From a virus, in the IMG/VR virus record IMGVR_UViG_3300042090_003221, positions 1 to 64,000 of that record: DNA of 64,000 nt, one strand, 5' to 3'. The notes below the pieces were generated by a model. It was not told the DNA's origin and ran no database searches. It saw nothing but the letters and a program-made list of their open reading frames with translations. This document shows, piece by piece, positions 1 to 8,449 of the stretch. Both the position numbers and the translations under genes were made by a program. Within the stretch, counting starts at the first letter, position 1; each line of letters begins with the position of its first letter.

Positions 1-318
1 ATGGCTTACGCTTTCGCGGCACACGACCAAAATCTGATCGACACACTTTCCTCGGCAAAGTTCGTAGAAGAACAGGAAAATCACGAGCTTTTTATTACAT
101 TCGCGCACCTGACCGGGCGCGTTTGGTTTTCTGATGGCGTGATGTACTGGAAAACTGGATCTGGTAGCGCCAGCGGGGAGAAACGCGTCAACCCGCAAGA
201 CATCGACCGGTCCGCAGCATCGCTGCTTAACTACGGGCGGGCGGCGGTCAAGAACGAACTTGCCAAGACCGCGAAGCGCGTCATTGCCGACGCTCGCGCT
301 CGGATCGCGCGTCAATGA
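1..318 (+). CDS. Hypothetical protein (true start may lie outside the window)
   Basis: ORF from base 1; stop overlaps the next start (ATGA). Confidence 0.6.
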   Translation: MAYAFAAHDQNLIDTLSSAKFVEEQENHELFITFAHLTGRVWFSDGVMYWKTGSGSASGEKRVNPQDIDRSAASLLNYGRAAVKNELAKTAKRVIADARARIARQ

Positions 319-497
319 CTTCGGCGTCGTTCATCGCGTGGCGCGAGCGGAACGGCTTCAACGTCGTCGCGGCCTCCCGCGCTCTCGGCTGCTCCCGCCG
401 GGCGATCCAGTCATGGGAAGACGGAAAGACCCGCATCCCGCATTACATCGCGCTCGCGTGTCAGGCCATATCGAACGGCCTGCCGCCGATGGCGTAG
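315..497 (+). CDS. Small Xre/Cro-like HTH DNA-binding protein
   Basis: WRERNGF...ASRALGCSRRAIQSWEDGKTRIP pattern. Confidence 0.8.
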   Translation: MTSASFIAWRERNGFNVVAASRALGCSRRAIQSWEDGKTRIPHYIALACQAISNGLPPMA

Positions 498-532
498 CCC
501 GCCAAGCGCACAGCCAAGAGGGAGGATGAGAA

Positions 533-961
533 ATGAGCGAAATACCTGACCATATTGTGGAGAATGCTCGCATCGCTAGCGGGCTTCCAGACAACACACA
601 CAACCGAGAGAAGATGCGCGCCGCTTTGGCGGTTGCGGGAGTGATGGCGCAATCCAAGGCGTCCAGAGACGTAATCACCGAACGCGAGCGCCAGAAGACC
701 GTCGAGGGATGGACGCCGGATCATGACGATGATCATGACGACGACGCGCTCTCAAAAGCCGCCGCCTGCTATGCGCTCGCCGGCACAAACCAAGACGAAA
801 GCCTTTATATTCACGGGAGTTGGAAAGGCCTGACGGACCTATTTTGGCCGTGGGACGCGGAATGGTGGAAGCCCAAAGACCGCCGTCGCAATTTGGTCCG
901 CGCTGGGGCGCTCATCCTAGCCGAGATCGAACGCCTAGACCGCACGAGGGACGCTCCATGA
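533..961 (+). CDS. Conserved phage hypothetical protein
   Basis: ERERQ..EGWT..HDD, AAACYAL, WPW..WWKP, NLVRAGALILAEIERLDR motifs; GGAGG RBS. Confidence 0.8.
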   Translation: MSEIPDHIVENARIASGLPDNTHNREKMRAALAVAGVMAQSKASRDVITERERQKTVEGWTPDHDDDHDDDALSKAAACYALAGTNQDESLYIHGSWKGLTDLFWPWDAEWWKPKDRRRNLVRAGALILAEIERLDRTRDAP

Positions 962-1209
962 TCGGCCTCGGCTCCATCGCCGGCCTCCGCATCGTCGAGG
1001 ACGCGAGCCTATCCGACCCGGTTGAGGATTGGTCGCGCGTGCGGAGCCCGGCGCGCGCGGCGCGGCGCCGGAGGCGAGGCTTCCCGCAACGCATCGTCAT
1101 CCGGCGCGTGCCGTGGCCGGACGTCTACCGGGTCGGCGACGACATGCTGGTGATGCACCCGGCGACGGCGGCCGCGCTACTCGCCAAAATCGAAAGAATG
1201 GCGCCGTGA
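958..1209 (+). CDS. Phage hypothetical protein
   Basis: ATGA overlap; DWSRVRSPARAARRRRRG motif. Confidence 0.65.
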   Translation: MIGLGSIAGLRIVEDASLSDPVEDWSRVRSPARAARRRRRGFPQRIVIRRVPWPDVYRVGDDMLVMHPATAAALLAKIERMAP

Positions 1210-1379
1210 GCAACAACCCCGACGACGACAGCCCGACTTGCTCCGTGTGCGGGGGATACCTGACCTACGACTGGCATGCGAGCCGAATGGTCTGTGACGC
1301 CTGCGAAGACGAGCGCGAGGCGCGTGAGGCCGAGATCATGACCGACAATTTCGACCTGTGCCGGGAGCCCGAAGCATGA
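1206..1379 (+). CDS. Small Zn-ribbon protein
   Basis: GTGA overlap; CSVC...CDAC. Confidence 0.55.
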   Translation: MSNNPDDDSPTCSVCGGYLTYDWHASRMVCDACEDEREAREAEIMTDNFDLCREPEA

Positions 1380-1615
1380 CGACCGAATGGAAGGACCTCC
1401 CGAAAGAGGTCCTCGAGGACATGGAATGGCTCGGCAGCTTCGGGCCGACGGTGCGCGTCGAGAATCGCGAGCTGAAGGGCCGCGTGGTCGACTCCGACGG
1501 CGAGGTCGGGAAGACCTATCTCGACGCCGGCAGCGCGCGCCGGCTCGCCAAGAGCCTTTGCGCGGCGGCCGATTGGCTCGACGCGCGCGACGAAGCGAGG
1601 CTCGCCGCCGGATGA
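1376..1615 (+). CDS. Hypothetical protein
   Basis: ATGA-coupled ORF. Confidence 0.6.
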   Translation: MTTEWKDLPKEVLEDMEWLGSFGPTVRVENRELKGRVVDSDGEVGKTYLDAGSARRLAKSLCAAADWLDARDEARLAAG

Positions 1616-1839
1616 CGTTCGGCTTCCCATTCGATCAGGAATCCTCGACGTGCCCGCGCTGCGGAAAACCGGTGGCTTGGAAATGGGCGACCGGCCCGCG
1701 CGGCGGGTTCGTCAGCGAGCCGCACAACGCGCTGATCGCCGACTGCGTCTATCACGCCGAGTGCTGGGACGCCCTGGTCGCCGAGCACCCGCCGGGCGAA
1801 CCGGCGCCGACCGAATACAAGCCCGAAGAGGATTTTTGA
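1612..1839 (+). CDS. Small Zn-binding protein
   Basis: ATGA overlap; CPRC...HAEC. Confidence 0.6.
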   Translation: MTFGFPFDQESSTCPRCGKPVAWKWATGPRGGFVSEPHNALIADCVYHAECWDALVAEHPPGEPAPTEYKPEEDF

Positions 1840-1840
1840 C

Positions 1841-2137
1841 ATGACCGGAGCCTGGGGCGACCCTGAGGACCTTATCGCCGATCGCGAGCAGGAATTGCAC
1901 GAGCGGGCGGCCGGGCCGTCCGCGCCGAGCTCCCCGATCACGGACGCTATCGGCGACAACGAGCTCCTGCGCCGCGCCGTGCATCACGCGATCCGCCGCA
2001 GAGGCAAGAGTCGCTCTCAGATGAATTGGGTCAGCATCATGGAGACGTTCGCGCTCGGCTCCACGGCCACGCACGAGCTCTGCCACCGGTTCGGGGTCGA
2101 CCCCGACGGGAAGGGCTTGCCCGGGGGCGCGTCATGA
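1841..2137 (+). CDS. Hypothetical protein
   Basis: FALGSTATHELCHRFGVDPD motif; coupled to neighbours. Confidence 0.65.
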   Translation: MTGAWGDPEDLIADREQELHERAAGPSAPSSPITDAIGDNELLRRAVHHAIRRRGKSRSQMNWVSIMETFALGSTATHELCHRFGVDPDGKGLPGGAS

Positions 2138-2607
2138 CGCCCTTGACGCCCGCAGACTTCCCGCTTTTGGCGATCGGCGCCTGCGTCTACCGGCGCACGC
2201 TCTCGAGCCCGCTGTTCACAGCGCTGTCGGCGGAGATCGCCGCCGACCTTGCGTTCCGGCTGAACAGTCAGGAGTGCGAATACAAGCGTCTTGCCAGCAA
2301 GGCGCGTGCGGAGGCCGAACGCGAGCGCGACGAGGCGAGGGTCAGCGAAGCAAATCTCCGTACGGCGTCTATAAGGTGCGGAAATGCTTTGTCCGAGGCG
2401 CGCGCCTCAAACGCCGCCCTCTCCGGGCTACTGAAAAGGGCGGGGGAGGCGATGATGGCAGCTATTGCAGACCTCAGTTTGTGGTCGGAGCAAGAGACGG
2501 GCGAAAGGATCAACAACCCGGGATGGAACGCCATTCTCTGCGAGATAGAGGCGGCGACATACGCGAAAACCGCCCCGCCGCCGGGTGAGGGCGACGGGGC
2601 GGCATAA
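2134..2607 (+). CDS. Hypothetical protein with coiled-coil
   Basis: ATGA overlap; last gene of the plus-strand run. Confidence 0.6.
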   Translation: MTPLTPADFPLLAIGACVYRRTLSSPLFTALSAEIAADLAFRLNSQECEYKRLASKARAEAERERDEARVSEANLRTASIRCGNALSEARASNAALSGLLKRAGEAMMAAIADLSLWSEQETGERINNPGWNAILCEIEAATYAKTAPPPGEGDGAA

Positions 2608-2623
2608 AGTGAGGGGCGAACGA

Positions 2624-2755
2624 TCAGCTGTGCGAAGCGACGTCCGCCAGCATGCCCGCCATGAACAGGACGGCGAGCCCGAGCCCGGCGAGGCGCAGCG
2701 CGCTCGCGATGAGCGCGGTGACGATGATGACGCGGAGCTGCACCCGCGACCTCAA
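2624..2755 (-). CDS. Small hydrophobic membrane protein (43 aa; not in ORF track)
   Basis: TTG start overlaps the upstream TGA; VIIVTALIASALRLAGLGLAVLFMAGML. Confidence 0.5.
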   Translation of the reverse strand: MRSRVQLRVIIVTALIASALRLAGLGLAVLFMAGMLADVASHS

Positions 2756-3093
2756 CCGAAAAGCGCTTTCCATAATACCTCCGGAGTCACCTTGCCTTTG
2801 ATCATCAAGACGACCCCGATCAAAGCGCCGAGTGCATAGAGGGCGTTTCGGCCAAGAGTCGCGACCGACCCCATGGCCGAGACGCCGCGCCAGATCCGGA
2901 TCAGATCGGTTAGGACCAAGAGGTCGTCCTCGGAGAAAGTCGGCGCTGAGTGAGAGACCGGCGTGCCGGCTGACCTCAGAGCGTCTGCTTCCGCGCGCGG
3001 GATGAGAACGAAACCGCCGCCAGCGACCGCGTCCTCAAGTTTCTTGATGACCGACGAATCCAATCCAGAGCGCCTTTCGGGCTGGAGAGACAC
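2752..3093 (-). CDS. Membrane protein, possible holin-like
   Basis: C-terminal TM segment ALYALGALIGVVLMI; located in the lysis region. Confidence 0.6.
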   Translation of the reverse strand: MSLQPERRSGLDSSVIKKLEDAVAGGGFVLIPRAEADALRSAGTPVSHSAPTFSEDDLLVLTDLIRIWRGVSAMGSVATLGRNALYALGALIGVVLMIKGKVTPEVLWKALFG

Positions 3094-3569
3094 TATTCGC
3101 CTCCGATGGCGCCGGAGGGGTTGTCGACGGGCTGCGCCTTGGGGAACCCGTGCGACCAGTCCGCCCCCGAGATAGCAGGCCCGGTGCTTGTCGCGAAGAA
3201 GCTGGGATTCGAGCTGAACAGAATCTTGCCGCCGTCATAGGCCAGCTTCAGCACGAAGAGGGCCGTCGCGATCAGTCCGGCCGCCGGAATGAAGGGGGCG
3301 ATGAGCGCGGCGACCTGCTCGGTGACGTCGAGGTCGTTGTCGACGTCACCGAAGTCGGTGATCAGCTTGTTGAAACCCTCGCCGAGCTTGGAGCCCTCAA
3401 GCGCCTTCGACGTGGTGACAAGCTGGCCGAACGTGATCTTGACGCCATCGAGCGTCGCAACGACAGCGCCTGCCGCCGGAGCGCCGGGCGTGACGATTCC
3501 GGTCGCGGCCTGCAAGCCCGCACGGGCAACGTTCAGCGCCTCGTTTTCGATAGTGCCTAAAATGCTCAT
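3093..3569 (-). CDS. Hypothetical membrane-associated protein
   Basis: Hydrophobic segment VAALIAPFIPAAGLIATALFVL; coupled to next gene. Confidence 0.65.
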   Translation of the reverse strand: MSILGTIENEALNVARAGLQAATGIVTPGAPAAGAVVATLDGVKITFGQLVTTSKALEGSKLGEGFNKLITDFGDVDNDLDVTEQVAALIAPFIPAAGLIATALFVLKLAYDGGKILFSSNPSFFATSTGPAISGADWSHGFPKAQPVDNPSGAIGGE

Positions 3570-3573
3570 GTTA

Positions 3574-4206
3574 TCACCCTCTTACGAGATGGAACTGACC
3601 AGCGAAGTCTTCGACAAGCGCGCTGCAGGCGTCCGTCCAGTCGCCGCAATCCGCGTGGACGCCCCCGCACGGAAGCGGGCGGATTCCGGGGTCGTGGAAG
3701 TGGCCTGTGATGACGCCGGCGGCGCCTTCCGCGCGCGCGAGCGCGGACAGTTTCGCGGCGAACTGGCCGCCGGTGGCGAGCCGATTCACGACGCGGGTGG
3801 CGGCGTGCGGCGCGACATAGCGCGCATAAGATCCGAGCCAGGGCAGCGGCCCAAGCAGCGAGCGGTCTAATTCATCGCCGTGCGTGACGACATAGCGGCG
3901 ACCGTCGGCGGCGTCGTGGATTGCTCGCAAGCAGATCTCGACGTGTCCGAATTGGCCGATGAAGCGCCGGAACAGCGCGTCATGGTTGCCGGGCGCGTAA
4001 ATTATCCGAGGCGCGCAGGCGAGCCCGCGAAGAGTGTCGATCAGCTCCGCGGCGCGCAGCGCGTGGAGCCCGTCAAACAAGTCGCCGACGATGTAGAGCA
4101 TCCAGGCGGGATTGTTCGCGAGCCATGCGCGCAGGCGCTTGGTCTTGCTGGCGCGGGCTCCTATGTGGACGTCCGAAACGAACGCCGCGCGCCAGCGGGG
4201 GGTCAC
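3574..4206 (-). CDS. Metallophosphoesterase, LpxH/PlcP-like
   Basis: SDVHIG, VGDLFD, GNHD, HGD, GHFH, GDW motifs. Confidence 0.85.
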   Translation of the reverse strand: MTPRWRAAFVSDVHIGARASKTKRLRAWLANNPAWMLYIVGDLFDGLHALRAAELIDTLRGLACAPRIIYAPGNHDALFRRFIGQFGHVEICLRAIHDAADGRRYVVTHGDELDRSLLGPLPWLGSYARYVAPHAATRVVNRLATGGQFAAKLSALARAEGAAGVITGHFHDPGIRPLPCGGVHADCGDWTDACSALVEDFAGQFHLVRG

Positions 4207-4574
4207 TTGACCGCGGTCGACAAGGTTGTCGCGGTCGGCGGCACGGTGACGGCGGAGCCGGCGATCTCGCCGCCGAGCGACAAGCAGAGATCCTCGGAGA
4301 TGACATAAACGACGCCGGTGTCGGTCGCGACCATGGCGTTGCCCACGTTCATTTGAGCCTTGAGCTGCGCCTGGACAGTCGACGCGAGACCGGAGAGCGA
4401 GCCGAGACCGCAGACGAAACCTTGCGTGAATGCATTGACGTTGGTGGCCGCCTGCGTTGCCTGTTTGGACGAAAGCGCGCCGGTGACATCATTGATGCCG
4501 GCGGTGACCTGGGCGCATCCGGCAGCGCCGAGAGACCCCGCGAGCGCGGCGGCGAGCGCGATCTTGTGGAACAT
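4203..4574 (-). CDS. Lipoprotein
   Basis: Signal peptide with lipobox MFHKIALAAALAGSLGAAG-C; GGAG RBS. Confidence 0.7.
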   Translation of the reverse strand: MFHKIALAAALAGSLGAAGCAQVTAGINDVTGALSSKQATQAATNVNAFTQGFVCGLGSLSGLASTVQAQLKAQMNVGNAMVATDTGVVYVISEDLCLSLGGEIAGSAVTVPPTATTLSTAVK

Positions 4575-4588
4575 GATGAATCTCCATG

Positions 4589-4612
4589 AAAAAACCCGGC
4601 ACAAGGGCCGGG
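4589..4612 (-). terminator. Candidate intrinsic terminator
   Basis: CCCGGC/GCCGGG stem followed by a T-run on the minus strand. Confidence 0.5.
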
Positions 4613-4629
4613 AGGTTGCGGAACTGACC

Positions 4630-4666
4630 TTGACAGCTGAGATAAAATGCGCCTATATTGGCGCAT
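4630..4666 (+). promoter_or_regulatory. hicAB promoter with inverted-repeat operator
   Basis: TTGACA (4630-4635) ... TATATT (4654-4659) inside ATGCGCC-TATATT-GGCGCAT. Confidence 0.7.
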
Positions 4667-4859
4667 GACGCAGGAGCTGACCAGAGCCAAGATCGTCGCC
4701 CGCTTGGAGCGGGAGGGCTGGGCGAAGGAGGGCGGCTCCAAGCACGAGAAGTTCGGCAACGCCGCCAAGCCCGGGATCAAGATCATGGTTCCGAGACACA
4801 AGACCCTGACGCCCGGCGTCGCTCGCAACATCGCTAAGGCCGCCGGCTGGACGGCTTAA
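4665..4859 (+). CDS. hicA: HicA-family toxin (mRNA interferase)
   Basis: LEREGW...GGSKHEKF...VPRH...GVARNIAKAAG. Confidence 0.9.
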   Translation: MTQELTRAKIVARLEREGWAKEGGSKHEKFGNAAKPGIKIMVPRHKTLTPGVARNIAKAAGWTA

Positions 4860-4869
4860 AGGAGGTCAA

Positions 4870-5277
4870 ATGGCTCGATATTTCGCGGTTCTGGACGGAA
4901 AGCCGGGGGCCTTCGGGATCTCGGTTCCTGATTTGCCGGGATGCACCGCAATGGGTCACGACGAAGACGAGGCTTATCGCAACGCCATCGAAGCGGTTGG
5001 TGAATGGGTGCGTGATGCGCGCGAAAGCGGGGCCGCGCCTCCCGAACCTCGCCCTCTTGCCGCGATCCGCCGCGACGCGGAAGTGATCGAAACTCTAGCT
5101 GAAGGCGGCGCCTTCATCTCCGTCCCGCTCATCATCGAAAGCGGCCGCCCCGCGAAGGCCAATCTTTCGTTGGACTCCGGATTGCTCGACGCGATCGATG
5201 ACGCTGCGCGCGAAAGCGGGCTGACCCGATCGGGTTTCATCGCCTCAGCGGTGCGCGCGAAGATCGTACAAGCCTGA
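4870..5277 (+). CDS. hicB: HicB-family antitoxin
   Basis: VPDLPGCTAMG..EA N-terminus; RHH C-terminus ANLSLD...GLTRSGFI; AGGAGG RBS. Confidence 0.92.
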   Translation: MARYFAVLDGKPGAFGISVPDLPGCTAMGHDEDEAYRNAIEAVGEWVRDARESGAAPPEPRPLAAIRRDAEVIETLAEGGAFISVPLIIESGRPAKANLSLDSGLLDAIDDAARESGLTRSGFIASAVRAKIVQA

Positions 5278-5317
5278 TCGCCCGTTGCGAGGCTCCGGTT
5301 GCCGTGGTAGAGCGCCG

Positions 5318-5451
5318 GCGCGCGGCGGAAGTGGGTGAAGCCGGCCCTTAACGGGGAGGCTTGCGTCCTGTTCAACTCAGGAGCCGCAGGGTCTGATCAA
5401 CCCGCGCGCGAGAGACGCTCGGCCCTTTCAGGCGCCGGGCGTTTCGCTTTT
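5318..5451 (+). ncRNA. Candidate structured small RNA with T-arm-like hairpin and terminator
   Basis: Closing stem GCGCGCGG/CCGCGCGC; internal hairpins including TCCTG-TTCAACT-CAGGA; promoter-like TTGCGA-N17-TAGAGC upstream; hairpin plus T-run downstream. Confidence 0.45.
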
Positions 5452-6008
5452 CAGGCCGCCATCGCCGTGAATTCGACGTCGGACACCGCGACGGGGTCGC
5501 GCCCACGCTCGGTCAGAAGCCAATCGCCGGGCTTCAGATAGATCGGCTTGAACCCGCGGCCGTACTGCCCGTCGACGACGCGGATCTCGATGCGCGGCGG
5601 CAGCGGATTCGTCCAGCCCTCGGCGGCGAGGAAATCGACGAACGTTTCAACCAGCGCGGCGTCGGCGCGATCGAGATAAACGGCGTGGTGATCTCGCTTG
5701 ATGCTCGCTTCCGACTTCACGCTCCAGAACGCGAACGGGTAGACCTGACGCCAGTATTTGGAGCCGTCCTGACGCGTGATTCCGAGGCCGGAACACATGA
5801 AATCGAGCTTCTCTGGAGCGGACGTTTCGCGCACCCTCGCGTCGATCCAGTTATGCGGATGCAGATCAGCGTACGTGAAGTAGACAAGGCCACGGTCCGC
5901 GCTCCAATGCACTTCCGGGCGGCAAACATGCGAGCCTTCGAGAATTATGCGGACATCGCCCGCCCACTGCTCGGCCTCGATCTCGCGTTTGATGACAACT
6001 TTGGTCAA
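5451..6008 (-). CDS. Hypothetical protein
   Basis: 185-aa ORF coupled to the glycosyltransferase; IEAEQW and LKPGDWLL motifs. Confidence 0.65.
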   Translation of the reverse strand: MTKVVIKREIEAEQWAGDVRIILEGSHVCRPEVHWSADRGLVYFTYADLHPHNWIDARVRETSAPEKLDFMCSGLGITRQDGSKYWRQVYPFAFWSVKSEASIKRDHHAVYLDRADAALVETFVDFLAAEGWTNPLPPRIEIRVVDGQYGRGFKPIYLKPGDWLLTERGRDPVAVSDVEFTAMAA

Positions 6009-7123
6009 AGCCCGTCCTTTCGGTTGATGTTCAGAGCCCGAGACCCTCGCTTCTCAGCTGTCATCGATGTCCCGCGCCATTCGAACCCGGCCCCGGCCCA
6101 AGCTGCACACCAAAGGACAGGCAAGAGGGCATCGCGCGCGAGCAGCGCAGGAAGCGCCCAGGCGCCGAACGGCCAGTGATTTTCAAAGGCGAGCGCGACC
6201 TCGACGAGATACCAAAGCGTAGCGACGAGCAGCGCCGCCATGGGGCCGCCATCGGCCCCGGCGGCTACGATCGGCAGGAGCGCGCTCGTCAAAATTTCCG
6301 GCAAAAAAGCCGCCGGAAAAGTCGTTCTCCGCAGTCGCGCCCAACGGACCTGCCGGCGCCAGACCTCGCGCACCGCGCGCTCATCGAGCGGCTGCTCCGA
6401 CGCGCGGTCGGCGAGATGAACCTTGAGCCCGAGGCCGCGCACGAGCTTGGTCAGCGCAGCGTCTTCGGCCGGCTCCGAGGCGAGCGTTGCGATTCCGCCG
6501 CCGCGCTCGATGATGTCCCGGCGCGAAAACAAGCACTTGCCTTGTGCGAAACCAAACCCGACCGCGTCCGCGGCGTACTGCCAGCGCGCCTGATAAGTGT
6601 TGAGGAAGGCGCATTCGAGGTTGGCGCCGAACCCGCGCGGCCTCGATCCGAACGCCGGCGCGGTCACCGCGCCCGTCGACCCCTCTTCCCAAGCATCGAA
6701 GAGACGCTCGATATGGTCGCGCGGGAGAAGGACGTTGGAGTCGACGAAGCAGATCCAGGCATGGCGCGCAGCCGCGTAGCCGCGGACCATGTTGCGCAAT
6801 TTCGGATTGGCGTAAGCGCCAAGGTCGCCGATGAGGAGCTGAGCGGGAGCGCCCTGCGCATCACGCACGGCTTCCCGCACGAGCGTTATCACGGGATCGT
6901 CGCTTTGCGCAACACAGAAAATGACCTCATATTCACCGTCGAGGCGCAGCGCTGCGCGGAGCGTCTCGAAGGAGTGCGGCTCGGCGCCGCAAAGCGGGAT
7001 GATGAGCGAGACCGGCCCAGGAACCCCACCGCGCCCGCGCGGAGGCGACGCCGCACAGAGCGCGCTGACGTAGTGCGCCGCCAGCGAGGCGGCCGCGAAG
7101 ACGGAGGGGAAGGGGGCCAGCAT
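6005..7123 (-). CDS. Ceramide glucosyltransferase/HpnI-like lipid glycosyltransferase
   Basis: NPK, FVDSNV, AED, RQVRW (QxxRW) motifs; C-terminal TMs and FEWRG. Confidence 0.88.
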   Translation of the reverse strand: MLAPFPSVFAAASLAAHYVSALCAASPPRGRGGVPGPVSLIIPLCGAEPHSFETLRAALRLDGEYEVIFCVAQSDDPVITLVREAVRDAQGAPAQLLIGDLGAYANPKLRNMVRGYAAARHAWICFVDSNVLLPRDHIERLFDAWEEGSTGAVTAPAFGSRPRGFGANLECAFLNTYQARWQYAADAVGFGFAQGKCLFSRRDIIERGGGIATLASEPAEDAALTKLVRGLGLKVHLADRASEQPLDERAVREVWRRQVRWARLRRTTFPAAFLPEILTSALLPIVAAGADGGPMAALLVATLWYLVEVALAFENHWPFGAWALPALLARDALLPVLWCAAWAGAGFEWRGTSMTAEKRGSRALNINRKDGL

Positions 7124-7127
7124 AGCG

Positions 7128-7523
7128 TCAGGCCGCCTTGGCGGCCGCCGCCGGCGCGGCAGCCATGAGCTTCCCGAGTTCGCCGGCGACCATGACCGCG
7201 ACATGCGAGGGCGTCAGCCCGGCGGCGTCGAGCGCCTCCGGCATAGCCGTGATGATGCGCGAGGCCGCCGAGGCGACCATGGAGTTGCCGATGGTAATCG
7301 CGGCGCCGGCGAGGTTGTTGGCGTCGGCGGCGATCATCGCGCCAGCTTCGGCCTGCGCGGCGCGCGTCACTCGGTCGAGCGCGCCTTGCGCGAGCTTTCT
7401 ATGGGTCAAGCGGGAAAACTGCGCGGCAGCCCAAGTGAAGCCGGCGGCGATCACGACGGCGGAGACCTGAATCGCAACCGGCGCGAGCGCGGTGGCGAGC
7501 GGTGCGAGAGAGACATCAGTCAT
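7128..7523 (-). CDS. Membrane protein, possible holin-like
   Basis: N-terminal TM; AGGAG RBS; lysis context. Confidence 0.6.
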   Translation of the reverse strand: MTDVSLAPLATALAPVAIQVSAVVIAAGFTWAAAQFSRLTHRKLAQGALDRVTRAAQAEAGAMIAADANNLAGAAITIGNSMVASAASRIITAMPEALDAAGLTPSHVAVMVAGELGKLMAAAPAAAAKAA

Positions 7524-7536
7524 AAGATCTGCTCCT

Positions 7537-7773
7537 TCAGGGATTGCAGGCGGGGATGAAGCCGAAGAAATGGATGCCGAGCCCGAAGATCAGCGCGCCG
7601 GTCACGAAGCCGAAAAGCATGCCGAAAAACGGGTATCGCGCCTGGATCCGCCAGACCGTGCGGGAGAGCGTGATGTTCGGCGGATTTTTCCACCACGCCC
7701 GGGCTTCCAGATAAGCGAACGGCGCGAGAACGGCGGTCAGCGACCACAGGAACCACAACAACCAAACGTTCAT
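7537..7773 (-). CDS. Small two-TM membrane protein
   Basis: Two hydrophobic helices; TLSR..W...HF pattern. Confidence 0.65.
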   Translation of the reverse strand: MNVWLLWFLWSLTAVLAPFAYLEARAWWKNPPNITLSRTVWRIQARYPFFGMLFGFVTGALIFGLGIHFFGFIPACNP

Positions 7774-7859
7774 GGGGCGTCTCGAAAAAGGTTGCGGATG
7801 AGGATAGCCGCCGTCACGGCGGCGAGCGCGATGGCGACGAAGGCGAGGGCGACGTTCAC
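7770..7859 (-). CDS. 29-aa single-TM peptide (not in ORF track)
   Basis: GTGA/ATGA coupling at both ends; MNVALAFVAIALAAVTAAILIRNLFRDAP. Confidence 0.55.
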   Translation of the reverse strand: MNVALAFVAIALAAVTAAILIRNLFRDAP

Positions 7860-8449
7860 GGCAGTTTGGCGAGCCAAGCTTCGATCTGCGGCGCGATGGC
7901 TACGCGCCGTTCCACGGCGTTGCCGGCGCTCGCGCGCTCGAATCCGGAGGCCCAGATGCGCGTCGCGTCGACGCCCGTCGTCGCCGCCTCGAGCGCAGCG
8001 CGCGTCGCGGCGTTCGCCGGCATGTCGAAACCGAAGAGGACCGCGGCGACGTGACGCGCGAGGTCCGGCTCGGTCCTGATATCGACGCCAATTCCCGCCA
8101 TGATCAGCTTGCCGTTGACGAAGTAGCCGTCGCGGATCGCTTTGCCGTAGAACTGGAATTTCAGCCGCCAGGGGCCGAAACTCTCGTCGTTATCGCCCGC
8201 GATATCGGGGCGCCACGCCGATTCCGCGTAGCCGTTGGCGACGGCGCCCACGATGTAGGGTTCGCTCTTGCCCTTCGCGCGGAGCGCCCCGACGATCGTT
8301 GCTGCGCGCGCCTAGGACTTGTCGGTCGGCGGCGGAAGAATGATGGCGGACATGCAGCGGCCCCATTTATCGATGTTGCGAGAGAGCCACGCGAGGGCGG
8401 CGGCGATAGCCGCCACGCAGGCGACGGCGGTTATGCCGACGGCGATCAC
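7856..8449 (-). pseudogene. TM-anchored lysozyme-like gene interrupted by an in-frame TAG at 8312-8314
   Basis: Frame continues through the stop: ...PPPTDKS*ARAATIVGALRAKG...GAVANGYAES..P...GD...SFG; FER motif near the C-terminus. Confidence 0.6.

Noticed and set aside
5318-5410. tRNA gene
   Set aside because: Only a T-arm-like hairpin; no proper D/anticodon arms, 7-bp acceptor stem or CCA
8312-8314. Genome-wide TAG recoding
   Set aside because: TAG ends other genes at sensible positions (3093, 10688, 12383, 37308), once overlapping the next start
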